Below are positions 1-9,306 of a stretch of DNA of 64,000 nt, piece after piece (positions within the stretch are counted from its first letter, which is position 1; each line of letters opens with the position of its first letter). The DNA lies in contig DHDH01000001.1 of NCBI GenBank assembly GCA_002399235.1, positions 24,594-88,593 on the forward strand. Direction: 5' to 3'. Below the pieces are notes generated by a model. That model had not been told where the DNA came from and searched no databases. It saw nothing but the letters and a program-made list of their open reading frames with translations. The stretch comes from Firmicutes bacterium UBA4881. Its GTDB lineage: Bacteria > Bacillota > DTU065. Position numbers and translations under genes: made by a program.

Positions 1-132
1 GCAAATAATTTGCAGGAAAAACTCCCAGTAGCTGGTGGGGAAGAAGAAAAAAGAAATCAAGAGCAAGTTGAAGTAAAAACAGAGCCTATAGCTTGGAAAC
101 CATTCCCTAAGCTTCCTAATAGGAGGTGGTAA
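1..132 (+). CDS. 3' end of an upstream gene (partial; stop TAA at 130-132)
   Basis: The frame is open from the window edge to TAA at 130-132, directly ahead of the RBS (AGGAGGTGG) of the next gene. The product cannot be identified. Confidence 0.3.
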   Translation, partial: ANNLQEKLPVAGGEEEKRNQEQVEVKTEPIAWKPFPKLPNRRW

Positions 133-133
133 T

Positions 134-1312
134 GTGAGTGAAGAACGCAACTACTATTTTGTTAAAGATGGTAGGCCAGTAGAAGATTCACCTTATGTTA
201 GGCAACAAATTGTAGCTTTAATGAAAGAGCGTAACGAAACAGGACTAGTTTTAGTAGGTTACGAAGAACAAGCTACATCAGTTGGTGTTCCGGTGGATGC
301 TTTACAAGCAGTAGAACTTTTTGTTTCTGCGGGTCTTGATGTTGGTCAGGCCGGTGCTTGCACTCTACCTCAACTATCTTTTATGGCTAAAAATCTCGGA
401 GCTTCTGCTTGCTATGTAGATGATTCCGTTTGCTACTTAGATAAGGGTGGTGGATATCTAGATGGCAAGATGGAATTAAAACGAATTGAAAAAAAACCTA
501 GGGGTAAATTAATGCGTTTTGAGATACAAAGAGAATATATTAGACATCTTCGTAAAGAGATTGCAACAGATAGACTCCATAATATAGCTTTAGCAGTAGG
601 TGGCTTAAATCCCAAATTGTTAAGTCTTCTTGCACAGATTATACCACTAAAGGGCCTTTGGCGAGTACGCTCAGAAGCCTCACCATCATTAAGCCAAGTG
701 GCAGAATCAGTTGTAAGATCTAGAGCTGATGTCGGTATAAAACTTAATTCAGCAGGAACAAAAGTTGAGTTTGTTGACGAAAATGGAACAACAGTTACAA
801 CTGAAGAAGCTTCAGCTTTAATAGTTCGCTATCTCAAAGAACAAGGAAGTTTAAACGGCAAAGTAGCCAGAAGATGGAATGTATCACGCTTCTTTGATCG
901 GGTGATGGAGAAAACAGGAATTACAATAGAAGAAAACGCCGACTTTTCAGTCGGCGACGAGATTGTTTTTCAACCCCACTTAAATATCGGGGATGGATTG
1001 TGGTTAGGTCTTATAATCTGCGAAATTGTTGCAGTAGGGGAGAGACCTCTATCAGAGCTAATAAAAGAAATGCATAAAGTAGTACCAAAAAGAGAAAGTA
1101 AGCAACTTAAAGCTAGTGAAGGACAGTTAGATAGATTCTTACGCAAGTTAACGGGGAAAGCCTTATTAGCTAGAGATAGAGGAGAATTGCAAATAGATGG
1201 AGATATTATCTCTTGGCTAAAAAATAGCCAATATAAGTACGACGTTTTTTTAGATGGTGATCGTTCTAGACTGCACTTTTGGTTAGAACAGTTTCCCCAA
1301 GATACTTTGTAA
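134..1312 (+). CDS. hypothetical protein with a degenerate phosphoglucomutase/phosphomannomutase-like domain
   Basis: GTG start 6 nt after AGGAGGTGG. The segment GLVLVGYEEQATSVG..AGLDVGQAGACTLPQLSFMAKNLGASACYV follows the domain-I pattern of PGM/PMM enzymes, but I could not find the catalytic (T/S)ASHNP serine loop. The family assignment is from memory only. Confidence 0.3.
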   Translation: MSEERNYYFVKDGRPVEDSPYVRQQIVALMKERNETGLVLVGYEEQATSVGVPVDALQAVELFVSAGLDVGQAGACTLPQLSFMAKNLGASACYVDDSVCYLDKGGGYLDGKMELKRIEKKPRGKLMRFEIQREYIRHLRKEIATDRLHNIALAVGGLNPKLLSLLAQIIPLKGLWRVRSEASPSLSQVAESVVRSRADVGIKLNSAGTKVEFVDENGTTVTTEEASALIVRYLKEQGSLNGKVARRWNVSRFFDRVMEKTGITIEENADFSVGDEIVFQPHLNIGDGLWLGLIICEIVAVGERPLSELIKEMHKVVPKRESKQLKASEGQLDRFLRKLTGKALLARDRGELQIDGDIISWLKNSQYKYDVFLDGDRSRLHFWLEQFPQDTL

Positions 1313-2123
1313 TGAGAAATTGCACCAGACGGTTAAGCTCTTTAGGAGCTTCCGTTCTGGATACATAATAATTGATAAAGATGTGCTTGTCAGGGCGTGT
1401 ACGAGGGACTGGGAATGTTTTAAGTAGGTGGTTAAAGATCATTTTACCACTTACTTTTTGCTGCCATAGTTCAGGCTTGGTTGATAGCAACTCGAGGCGG
1501 AGAAAATACTCATCAGGATCAGGCAAACCTTGATTACGACAAAAGATTAAAATGTTTTGATATAGTTTTTCTGGTTCCAAATGCGGTGAGTCTTTATACT
1601 CAAGTTGCATAGCTTGACCATATTTTTGTCCTAAGTCCCAAGCAAGCCAGTTATAAGCTGCTGCTGGTAGGTAGGCTTTAAATATATTGCCGATGCTTTC
1701 TCTACATTCTTCGACACTCCGCCACCCTTTAGGTAATTTATTACGCCAAAATAGCAAAGCTATTTCATACCAACCTTCAGGTTCTAATAAGTAATTTTCT
1801 AAAGTATAACGTTCAGTGCGATAGATATGATCAGTATAATTTGGTTCGTATTGGTTTTTAACTATTAATTGGGTAGAAAAGTCACGGTCAATAATTCCAG
1901 CGACATGTCTTTGTTCTCGTTCTATAAACAAAGTCTCAACAGCATCAATAACTTTTGAATAACCATCTTGGGGGTAAAAGGTAATTAGATGGGCTAAATC
2001 CCCAAACCATTGGGAATAAACCCATTCATCATCTCCATTGTGAACACCTTCGATAATTACCGATAATCCCTTGCCAGAACGAATCTTAAGTAGTAGCTGA
2101 TTTAAAGAAAGATAATTCATCAA
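1266..2123 (-). CDS. Toprim-like / DUF4435-like protein, predicted nuclease partner of the upstream ATPase
   Basis: 285 aa. Acidic motifs in Toprim order: E in VIIEGVHNGDDEW, DxD in GIIDRDF, then ENYLLEPEG. Its ATG lies inside the ATPase stop (ATGA overlap at 2120-2123). Domain recognition is from memory, not a profile search. Confidence 0.5.
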   Translation of the reverse strand: MMNYLSLNQLLLKIRSGKGLSVIIEGVHNGDDEWVYSQWFGDLAHLITFYPQDGYSKVIDAVETLFIEREQRHVAGIIDRDFSTQLIVKNQYEPNYTDHIYRTERYTLENYLLEPEGWYEIALLFWRNKLPKGWRSVEECRESIGNIFKAYLPAAAYNWLAWDLGQKYGQAMQLEYKDSPHLEPEKLYQNILIFCRNQGLPDPDEYFLRLELLSTKPELWQQKVSGKMIFNHLLKTFPVPRTRPDKHIFINYYVSRTEAPKELNRLVQFLITKYLGETVLTKSAV

Positions 2124-2935
2124 TGTTCACCTCCGCAAAGGGAGTCAAGACTAAAGACTTCTGTATCAGAGGAAGCTCTTACGATCTCCAAGGAATGAGT
2201 TGCTATTAATAGTTGACAGTTATGTTTTTTTAAGTAATTTGAGATTAAGTGATAAAGACGTCTTTGTAGGGTGGGATGTAGACTAATTTCGAACTCATCA
2301 ATTATGACAAGAGAATTAGGTTTCATATGTTTTTCGATTAAAGTTAAAAGAATTAATGCTTGTTTTTCACCAGCAGGAAGTTTTCTCAGGGGAATGGGTG
2401 TATTGTTGCTTGCTGAAGCCGAAAGAGTATAGTGATTTTCTACATATTCAAGTGTTCTATTCTCAAAAAATAAGCTGGGTAAATGAGGAATACCTTTTTG
2501 CAAATATAGTTCGGGGCTATCTTCTTGAGGATGATATTTATAACCAAATACCGTTTCTTTTGGTTGTTCGTGGACTTCAAGTAGATATCTTTCAGCTGGA
2601 AAGTAAAGATAATATGGTATTAGGTTAGGATCACCACTAATTGTTAAATGGCCATCGTCAAGGGTTATCTCAAGATTATTATCATCACTATCGGCAAATT
2701 CTAGCGAAACAGTGGCTCGGGTTTGGACAAGTTCTGTAAACAGGTCATCTTTTATGCCTTTGGAACCTTTTATGAGTGATGCCACAACTTCTAAGATAGT
2801 ACTTTTACCAGAAGCATTAGTACCTACTAAAATGATACGTGAATTAGTCATCCCTGTGTAAGGGTCTAAAAAAGATAGCACAGTACTTTTATGAAAATTA
2901 CGGAATCCTGATATAGTAACTTGACTAAGTTGCAA
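2120..2935 (-). CDS. compact ABC-type (AAA_15/AAA_21-like) ATPase
   Basis: Walker A GTNASGKST; Walker B/D-loop LVIIDEFEISLHP; H-loop IATHS. Likely start is TTG at 2935 (MQLSQVTISGFRNF, the typical ABC ATPase N-terminal strand), 7 nt after AAAGGAGTG. The ORF track instead uses an RBS-less in-frame ATG at 2965. Confidence 0.7.
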   Translation of the reverse strand: MQLSQVTISGFRNFHKSTVLSFLDPYTGMTNSRIILVGTNASGKSTILEVVASLIKGSKGIKDDLFTELVQTRATVSLEFADSDDNNLEITLDDGHLTISGDPNLIPYYLYFPAERYLLEVHEQPKETVFGYKYHPQEDSPELYLQKGIPHLPSLFFENRTLEYVENHYTLSASASNNTPIPLRKLPAGEKQALILLTLIEKHMKPNSLVIIDEFEISLHPTLQRRLYHLISNYLKKHNCQLLIATHSLEIVRASSDTEVFSLDSLCGGEH

Positions 2936-3320
2936 ATGAATCACTCCTTTAAAAACAAGTAGCAAAAAGGTTCTTTAGGAACTAAAATAAATTGGAGTGT
3001 GCCCCAATGGTTTGAACAATAACAGGTAGTTTTTTATATACTAGTATTATGCCTAAAGTAACCAGTCTTTGCTTTTGATCACATTGTATCAGAAGGGCAG
3101 GAGGTCCTCAAATTTAATTTCGTTAAAATGTCTTTGTACTAAGATGTTTTTCGTTTCTAATTAGAGATTTGACTTTTAAGTCCATAATAAAAGGTATGGA
3201 GTAACAAAAGTTTGTATAACATTAGTTTCTAACATCTAAATATGAGTCAAAGAGTTTATTACCCTCTTAAATTTATATACATAAGTTATACTAACCTTTC
3301 TAGAAAGGGAGGCGTAAAAT

Positions 3321-3425
3321 ATGGTAGATACAACATCTGACGGCCAAGAAGCAGCAACCTTGTTTTTGATCCTCATACTTTTGGTCATCATGACAATGAA
3401 TGGCGGATGCAATAAGGGCTGGTAG
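3321..3425 (+). CDS. small hydrophobic peptide (34 aa, single predicted TM helix)
   Basis: AAAGGGAGG RBS 8 nt upstream of ATG. Translates to MVDTTSDGQEAATLFLILILLVIMTMNGGCNKGW. A strong terminator follows directly. It falls below the ORF-track length cutoff. Confidence 0.35.
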   Translation: MVDTTSDGQEAATLFLILILLVIMTMNGGCNKGW

Positions 3426-3440
3426 GTCGCTTGTAAATAG

Positions 3441-3480
3441 AAATAGCTCTCCTCTTAAGGGAGGAGAGCTATTTCTTTAG
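3441..3480 (+). terminator. rho-independent terminator
   Basis: Perfect 14-bp stem AAATAGCTCTCCTC / GAGGAGAGCTATTT with a short loop, followed by TTTCTTT. Confidence 0.6.
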
Positions 3481-3552
3481 CTTGTAACTTTAGGGGATAT
3501 AAGGTGAGGAGGAGATTAGTAAAAGATAAAGAAAAGAGTCTATAATGGAAGG

Positions 3553-3720
3553 AGAGAGGTAAATGGCAGAAAAAAGGTAAGATTTTAATAGTCGACTAAA
3601 TACATTGATTGGAGAAGGAATAGAAGTACTTACCGATAATAGCGAAATGTATTTAACTGGTAAACTCAGAGCGGTTTATGACGGTTATATTGTGTGGAAC
3701 AAGATAATGGGAAAGTAACA
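3553..3720 (+). pseudogene. small ORF interrupted by an in-frame TAA (MAEKR*DFNSRLNTLIGEGIEVLTDNSEMYLTGKLRAVYDGYIVWNKIMGK)
   Basis: GGAGAGAGG RBS before ATG 3553. In-frame TAA at codon 6. The downstream 45 codons look like protein (possibly a small Sm-like/DUF-type fold). An intact 37-aa version could instead start at TTG 3605. Confidence 0.25.
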
Positions 3721-3799
3721 TACATAAATACTAATAAGATTGTTTACTTTATAGCAAACAAATAAGCAATAACTTATGAATAAGTTATCTATAAGATGG

Positions 3800-4010
3800 T
3801 AGAAAGAAGATATTTTTTGTCCATCCGTTCTGGAAAATGTTATCGGCTACAGTTACAGGGGGTGTCTTGGCAATAAAGCTTTTCTTTATAACTTTATCTA
3901 GTAGGATAGATGGGTGAGGAGTTCTTCTTACCAAAAAAGCCTTTAAAGTAGGTATTGTATATAGGAATTTAGGTAAAGAATGGCATAAAATCTATGACAT
4001 ATGAATTGGA
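3800..4010 (+). pseudogene. decayed gene remnant
   Basis: Three short protein-like stretches in different frames (..ENVIGYSYRGCLGNKAFLYNFI*, ..GVLLTKKAFKVGIVYRNLGKEWHKIYDI*), consistent with an old frameshifted coding sequence. Its identity is unknown. Confidence 0.25.
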
Positions 4011-4076
4011 AAAGGGTATCTAATAATACCCTTTTTCAACTATAAAATATTAGAAAGATGCTTTGACAGTAAAGAC

Positions 4077-5003
4077 TTACGTTAAGTGACAGTAAAATGT
4101 TTTAAGGAGCCTTAAGAAGTGGCTAGCTTCGCGCAAGACATGGTCGCCAAGTAGAGGAATGATTATAGATTGTATATTACAACCGAGTAAACCCTGAGTT
4201 CCTTGAGCTTTGAAGTCACGAATTCTTTTTGTGGCATTTAAGCTGTCTTCTGTGACCTCAGTAAGTGGTATATTCATCTCCATGGCTTCTTCCACTTCTT
4301 CTACTAACGTGTCAAATTCATTACCAAAGTTGTTAGCTATGGTTATTAACTCATTTTCCGTTGGGTCTAGCAATCCTATAATAAACTTGGAATGCTCCGC
4401 CATTATTCTGTTCCAAAATAGTTCTTGTTCCAAAACTTCTCTTTCTACATTGATCCTTTCTCGGTTTTGAAGTCTTTGAACCATCTGCAGATATAATTTT
4501 GCTTCGCGTAGAATGTGATCGATTAACAAGGGATAATTAACGGTGAACATTTGACAGGATAAAACATTGGATAGAATGGTTGTCTTAAATTGGATAATCC
4601 TGCCAATTAAATCCGTAGCTCTTTGATTAAGTGCAACAACCTTTTGCTCTAGTTGGGGGTCAATTTCTTTGTCGCCACCTATTAAGTCGATTTCAGCTTG
4701 TGTTATATCTGTTGGTATTTGAATTCCCGCTAAAAATGAAGTGGTTTTTTCTGCATTCAGAGTATAGGGTGTCACTACCTCACCCGATTGAAGCACATCA
4801 GGGCTAACGACACCGTTGGCAACAGCAACGACATCTCTTAGAAAACTATCGAACTCCATTCTAAAAGCGTCTGCTTGTCGGGTAAATTCAGCATCTCTTG
4901 GGGTAAATCCGACTTCGAGAAAAAATGAGTGTTCTTTCATAATCCGGGCAAAAAAAAGATGCAAATCAATAGATTGACGAACAAAATCTATACTTGGCAA
5001 CAT
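4077..5003 (-). CDS. DUF2935 family protein (internally duplicated helical domain)
   Basis: Two repeats carry (I)MxEHSxF and DH(I/V)LREAxx(F/Y)L motifs (MKEHSFFLE/IMAEHSKFI; DHILREAKLYL/DHVLREASHFL), typical of clostridial DUF2935 proteins as I recall them. Confidence 0.5.
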   Translation of the reverse strand: MLPSIDFVRQSIDLHLFFARIMKEHSFFLEVGFTPRDAEFTRQADAFRMEFDSFLRDVVAVANGVVSPDVLQSGEVVTPYTLNAEKTTSFLAGIQIPTDITQAEIDLIGGDKEIDPQLEQKVVALNQRATDLIGRIIQFKTTILSNVLSCQMFTVNYPLLIDHILREAKLYLQMVQRLQNRERINVEREVLEQELFWNRIMAEHSKFIIGLLDPTENELITIANNFGNEFDTLVEEVEEAMEMNIPLTEVTEDSLNATKRIRDFKAQGTQGLLGCNIQSIIIPLLGDHVLREASHFLRLLKTFYCHLT

Positions 5004-5828
5004 AGTTTATTCCTCCCAAAATTTTCAGCTTATGCTGTCATAGTATTTCTAGATTGCTTTAAGCGTTACATTCTCCAAAAAGAATTAGCATTCATGATTG
5101 TATTCTCAGATAAGAAACTCTATGCTTTGAGCCAATTTGGCTAAATGTTTTATAGTAAACGGCAAGGAACAGGTGCACCGCCTGTTGTTACAGTCTAAAA
5201 GACTTGCAACTAAGGTGTACCGGAACATGGTTAGGGCTGGAAGCCTTATCTGCGCGTTATCAATGAAAGCATTTAGCGTCCTGGGCGGGTCCTTTTGACA
5301 AGTAGAAGAGAAATCTTACCTCTATGGTGGTTCACCTCTAAGAATTTGATTCGATAACCTTCCTACAGCTATAGTTCATGTTGTGGGGGAAATCGAGAAT
5401 TAACAGATATGTTTCAAAGATTTATGTTGCATTACCGTTTTCAAGCTAAGTTTTGTAACAAAGCTGCTGGGCACGAAAAAGTGCGAAGATGATATGAATC
5501 GTAACCATTATAAAAGTGTTGGTTTGAAGAAAGTAAAAAACACCTATTGCCGTTACCTTCTACTCCATTTTAAATAGACTAAATATAAGAAACTTAGACT
5601 TGGGATATGACATTTAATGGTGAAACTTACCGGCTAAGAAACGCTTTATCAGCAAATATTCCAAAAATAATCCTCTCCCTCCCTACGGAAGGCAGTCAAT
5701 CCATGGTAGCGTGGTCTAAAAAATTAGTTGCCGAACTCTAAAATTTCAGATTGCCAAATACAACCTCCCTCAGCAATCTTGGAATCCAGTAGATAATCAT
5801 AATGGGTATATAAAGGTGGTTCAACAAA

Positions 5829-6755
5829 ATGGGAGCTCAGCGAGGTAAAATCTTGGTTGTAGTAATTGGTATAGTTTTAAGCATAACTTTGTCGTCATGT
5901 AGAGCCTATGAGAAAGGGGACTTACGTATCACGGATATAGAGATATTCAAAGATACGCCTGCATGGGAATTAGCTCTAGCAGTGAAAAGACAGAGTACCA
6001 AAAGTATAGAAAAGACAATCAGAACTAATCCGGGTTTGCTTAACTTCCAGGAGCCACATTTTGGTGCAACTCTGCTTCTTTGGTCTGTTGGCATGGAGAA
6101 ATATAATTCAGCAAAGAAGCTGCTAGAATTGGGAGCTGATCCTGATATTGCATCAACTTATGATGGAACTACCCCTTTATTTCAGGCATCCGGTTTTTCG
6201 TGGGTGAGTGTGGCTTGGTTTCCGAATGAAGATCCTAAGTATGTTAAACTCCTGTTACAGTATGGAGCAGATCCAAATACTACATTTAAAGGACATAACA
6301 AACCTGGCATAAACAATATAGTAGAAAGAGGAACCAGTGCATTAATGCACTCTGTGGGAGCAGGTCTAGAGAAAACTAAGGCGCTAGTAAAGGGGGGCGC
6401 TGATCTTAATTACAAGACTGTAACGGGAAGGACTGCGGCTGTGAGAGCGTTATTCTGGGGTGAGCCTAAATATGCATACTATTTAATCGCTGAGTGTAAG
6501 GCTAGGGTTACTGAGCCTATTTGGGCTAGAGAAGAGTGGACTCGGGCAAATAATGCTCCGGTGTACCCGGTAGAATTACTGCGAGATTGGGTTTTTAAGA
6601 TAGGCTCAAAAGAACATCAAATGAAAATGGAAATAGTAGAGGAATTTAAAAGGCAGGGAGTCGATTATTGGGGAACCGAAGTCCCTAAAAGTAGGTTCGA
6701 GCAGATAAAAAAACTATATCCAGATACCTGGGAAGAGTATATTCAAAAATACTAA
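5829..6755 (+). CDS. ankyrin-repeat lipoprotein
   Basis: Signal peptide with a lipobox (ITLSSC). At least three ankyrin-like repeats (LLELGADPD, LLLQYGADPN, LVKGGADLN). RBS AAAGGTGG. The gene looks GC-richer than its surroundings. Confidence 0.6.
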   Translation: MGAQRGKILVVVIGIVLSITLSSCRAYEKGDLRITDIEIFKDTPAWELALAVKRQSTKSIEKTIRTNPGLLNFQEPHFGATLLLWSVGMEKYNSAKKLLELGADPDIASTYDGTTPLFQASGFSWVSVAWFPNEDPKYVKLLLQYGADPNTTFKGHNKPGINNIVERGTSALMHSVGAGLEKTKALVKGGADLNYKTVTGRTAAVRALFWGEPKYAYYLIAECKARVTEPIWAREEWTRANNAPVYPVELLRDWVFKIGSKEHQMKMEIVEEFKRQGVDYWGTEVPKSRFEQIKKLYPDTWEEYIQKY

Positions 6756-7615
6756 ATGTATTAGGCCGATGGACTGACAAAGTCTGTTGGCCTATATCTA
6801 AACTAAAAGGACTATTAGATGTCACAAATGTGCCAGGTTTTGATGTACTTTATATGTTAATGTGTTATTGGGAAGAACTTCTGAGGAGATAAAGGTGCCT
6901 AGACAAGGATTAAGACCTTGCTAAGCTATAGGATGTAACGATTTGACTAAAAGTAACTGCTGTGAGTACTCACACTGGTCAAGGAGCGCCACAAGATCAA
7001 TGACCAGTATTCTAGAGATAAGACAGTGGTTAAATTTTATAAGGGAAAAGAGTGGTTAATAGTTAGACAGAAAGCGCTTACCTTATGTAGATAAAAGAGA
7101 TGATATTGATTTGATTAGCGGGTGGGTAGTATATGAAGAGCTGTATGATAATGATAGCTTAAATATGGTTACATTCTGTAGGACGATTGATGGTGTAACA
7201 TAATATTGTGTTGTAAATGCAGGTTCAAAGACAGTAGGATATGGGGTTATGAACGGTTTATTACCTCTTGGTTTTAGTTTAGATATGTATAATTCTAGAG
7301 CTTATGCTGAATGTTTTGTATGTAAACGTCAAATAGCCCCCACCTATATATAAGTGGAGGCTATGGTATCATTGCTTTTGGGACATTTGCAGAAAGGCTT
7401 GGTTGGGATGTTTAGTCTATCCAAGGCATGTTGTAAAGGATGAAGTATCGAAATATATGTCACTTTTTTTCGTGAAGTTATTGGTTAAGAAGTACTTTAG
7501 AATCTATGAACTTTATAGATTTTATAGTTAATGAAAAGTTCCCTTGTAATAGAAAGATTTTACAAGGGGACTTTAGTGGTTATAAGTATGAACTTTTTGC
7601 TTCAGAGTTACATGT

Positions 7616-8212
7616 TTACCTTATTTTTAACCTAAAAACAACTATTACTTCATGTCCAAGATTAATTAATCTTAATAAACCATCTGTATCAGATAAATTA
7701 GATGGCATTGGTTTTGGATTTTCATTAATGGTCACTATAAATACTGTAGTTTCTATGGTGTCACCGTTATTTTCAAACAACAAGTTTGGTGACCTAAACC
7801 ACATAAGTATAAGTGACATATTTTCTTTTTCAGGGTTTGACAAAAATGCACTGAAATCGATTGCTGTCTGAGCAAGTGCATTATTATCGGTCCCCCAATA
7901 TACCTGGTAAGAGTGTGATCCTATAGGTGCAAAAGCTAGAAAACCTTCACGCTTTTTTAAAGCTTGATTTGGTTGGGCAAACTTAAATAAACTTATGCGT
8001 TCTTTCTGGTAATGAGTATCTTTTCGATAGATGTCCATATAAACTTCAGACTCTTCAAATAGTGGCAACTGGAACTTTGATGACCTAAAACCCAATAACT
8101 TAACCCATGTGCTTACGTCTATGTCTGATGTTTCGGCTGCTGTTATGTTGATTGATAAAAGAATTACTGTAAGAATTAAAATGAACATCCATCTTGGTGT
8201 TTTTGAGATCAT
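7616..8212 (-). CDS. secreted hypothetical protein
   Basis: Strong RBS (AAAGAGGAGG) 7 nt before the ATG. N-terminal signal peptide MFILILTVILLSINITAAE. No recognisable domain. The overlapping plus-strand ORF 7506..7871 is probably spurious. Confidence 0.5.
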   Translation of the reverse strand: MISKTPRWMFILILTVILLSINITAAETSDIDVSTWVKLLGFRSSKFQLPLFEESEVYMDIYRKDTHYQKERISLFKFAQPNQALKKREGFLAFAPIGSHSYQVYWGTDNNALAQTAIDFSAFLSNPEKENMSLILMWFRSPNLLFENNGDTIETTVFIVTINENPKPMPSNLSDTDGLLRLINLGHEVIVVFRLKIR

Positions 8213-9269
8213 GATCAGGCCTCCTCTTTATATACTCTCTAAAAAATATGATAAGTTATCAGTGAAATATGAGTCTATTTGCATAGTTAATCCAAGAATG
8301 TTGATTGACGTTAGATATTCTGTATATAAGTTTTCTAAGAAATTAATCTTTTAGCTAAGTATACTTAGTAAAAGTTCTGGATTAGGATCGTCATAATATA
8401 AACTTGTTAACATGTCTATACGGTTAGAGGAACTTTCCTTTCTAATCGAAGCCATCTCCTGATAGCTTCTCTTTTACATATTGCACCTCTCTTTTTTTTT
8501 CTATGTTCACTGGAATTTGAATCTGCAATGCTATTTATTAGAATGTCAGGTTGTCCTGTATCATTATACTTAATAATTAAACTTATTGGCATAATTAAAT
8601 TTAATGGCGTATTCTCCTTCTTCAAAAGAAAGAAATGATTAATAAGACCTAAACAGCGGAAATTTACATATATTATGAAAATAGTGTGTCGGTGATATCA
8701 GTGGCAGAAACTTGGCGGTTTTGGACTCTTTTTTCGTGTTACTATGTTATTGGACAGGGCTATCCACAACGGATGGCTTTTTTTATACTGTCTAGCAGGT
8801 GGTATGTATAAAACAGCATTTTTAACCGTTTCTAGAGCATGGCTTAATACTTTAGTCATATAATAAATTAGATTTTATTAGCCAAGCCTCAAAAAACACC
8901 GTTCCAGTCATGTATTGACTAAAATGCTAACCCACGTAGCGAAAAACACACTAATTATTGCAGCACAGGAGTGATTATTATCTGGGAGCTTTATGAATGG
9001 CTGGAGCAAAGCAAAGATAGATATAACGATATTTATAATAATTTTAGAGATTCACTTAGAAAGAAAGACATCTAATATAGAAAAAATTGTTGTAAAGAGC
9101 GTTCTGGATAATTAAATTAGTCTATCACCCTTATGTATTCTATTTTAATACTGGAAATATAATTATTCGTTTTAGTTATTGTTGGTTTGTGGCGATACTT
9201 TATGTTTTTAATTTTATACGTTCATGCTTGAACTTGCACTGGTATAGCTACAAAGGACAGCTTTAGCTA

Positions 9270-9306
9270 TAAAAATGCCTCACTTTAGATTTCTCTAGAG
9301 TGAGGC
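9270..9306 (-). terminator. rho-independent terminator downstream of tRNA-Pro
   Basis: On the minus strand: GCCTCACT..AGTGAGGC stem followed by ATTTTTAT. Confidence 0.5.

Noticed and set aside
433-615. 60-aa minus-strand ORF inside 134..1312
   Set aside because: Antisense shadow ORF fully embedded in a longer, RBS-supported gene.
2356-2628. 90-aa plus-strand ORF inside the ATPase gene
   Set aside because: Shadow ORF antisense to a gene with clear Walker motifs. No RBS.
4210-5144. Plus-strand ORFs 4210..4470 and 4929..5144
   Set aside because: Low-complexity translations antisense to or overlapping the DUF2935 gene. No RBS.
5160-5300. Possible group II intron domain V/VI or riboswitch in the 5 kb spacer
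   Set aside because: I could not assemble the conserved domain-V hairpin (GAGC..GAAA..) or any riboswitch consensus. Kept only as a generic possible-ncRNA finding.
7506-7871. 121-aa plus-strand ORF overlapping the secreted-protein gene
   Set aside because: The minus-strand ORF has a strong AGGAGG RBS and a signal peptide. The plus ORF has neither and a low-complexity product.
8109-8625. ORFs 8109..8354 (+) and 8416..8625 (-)
   Set aside because: They lie in the AT-rich 5' region of the secreted-protein gene. No ATG with a properly spaced RBS (the 8416..8625 frame only opens with TTG). Products are basic and low-complexity.
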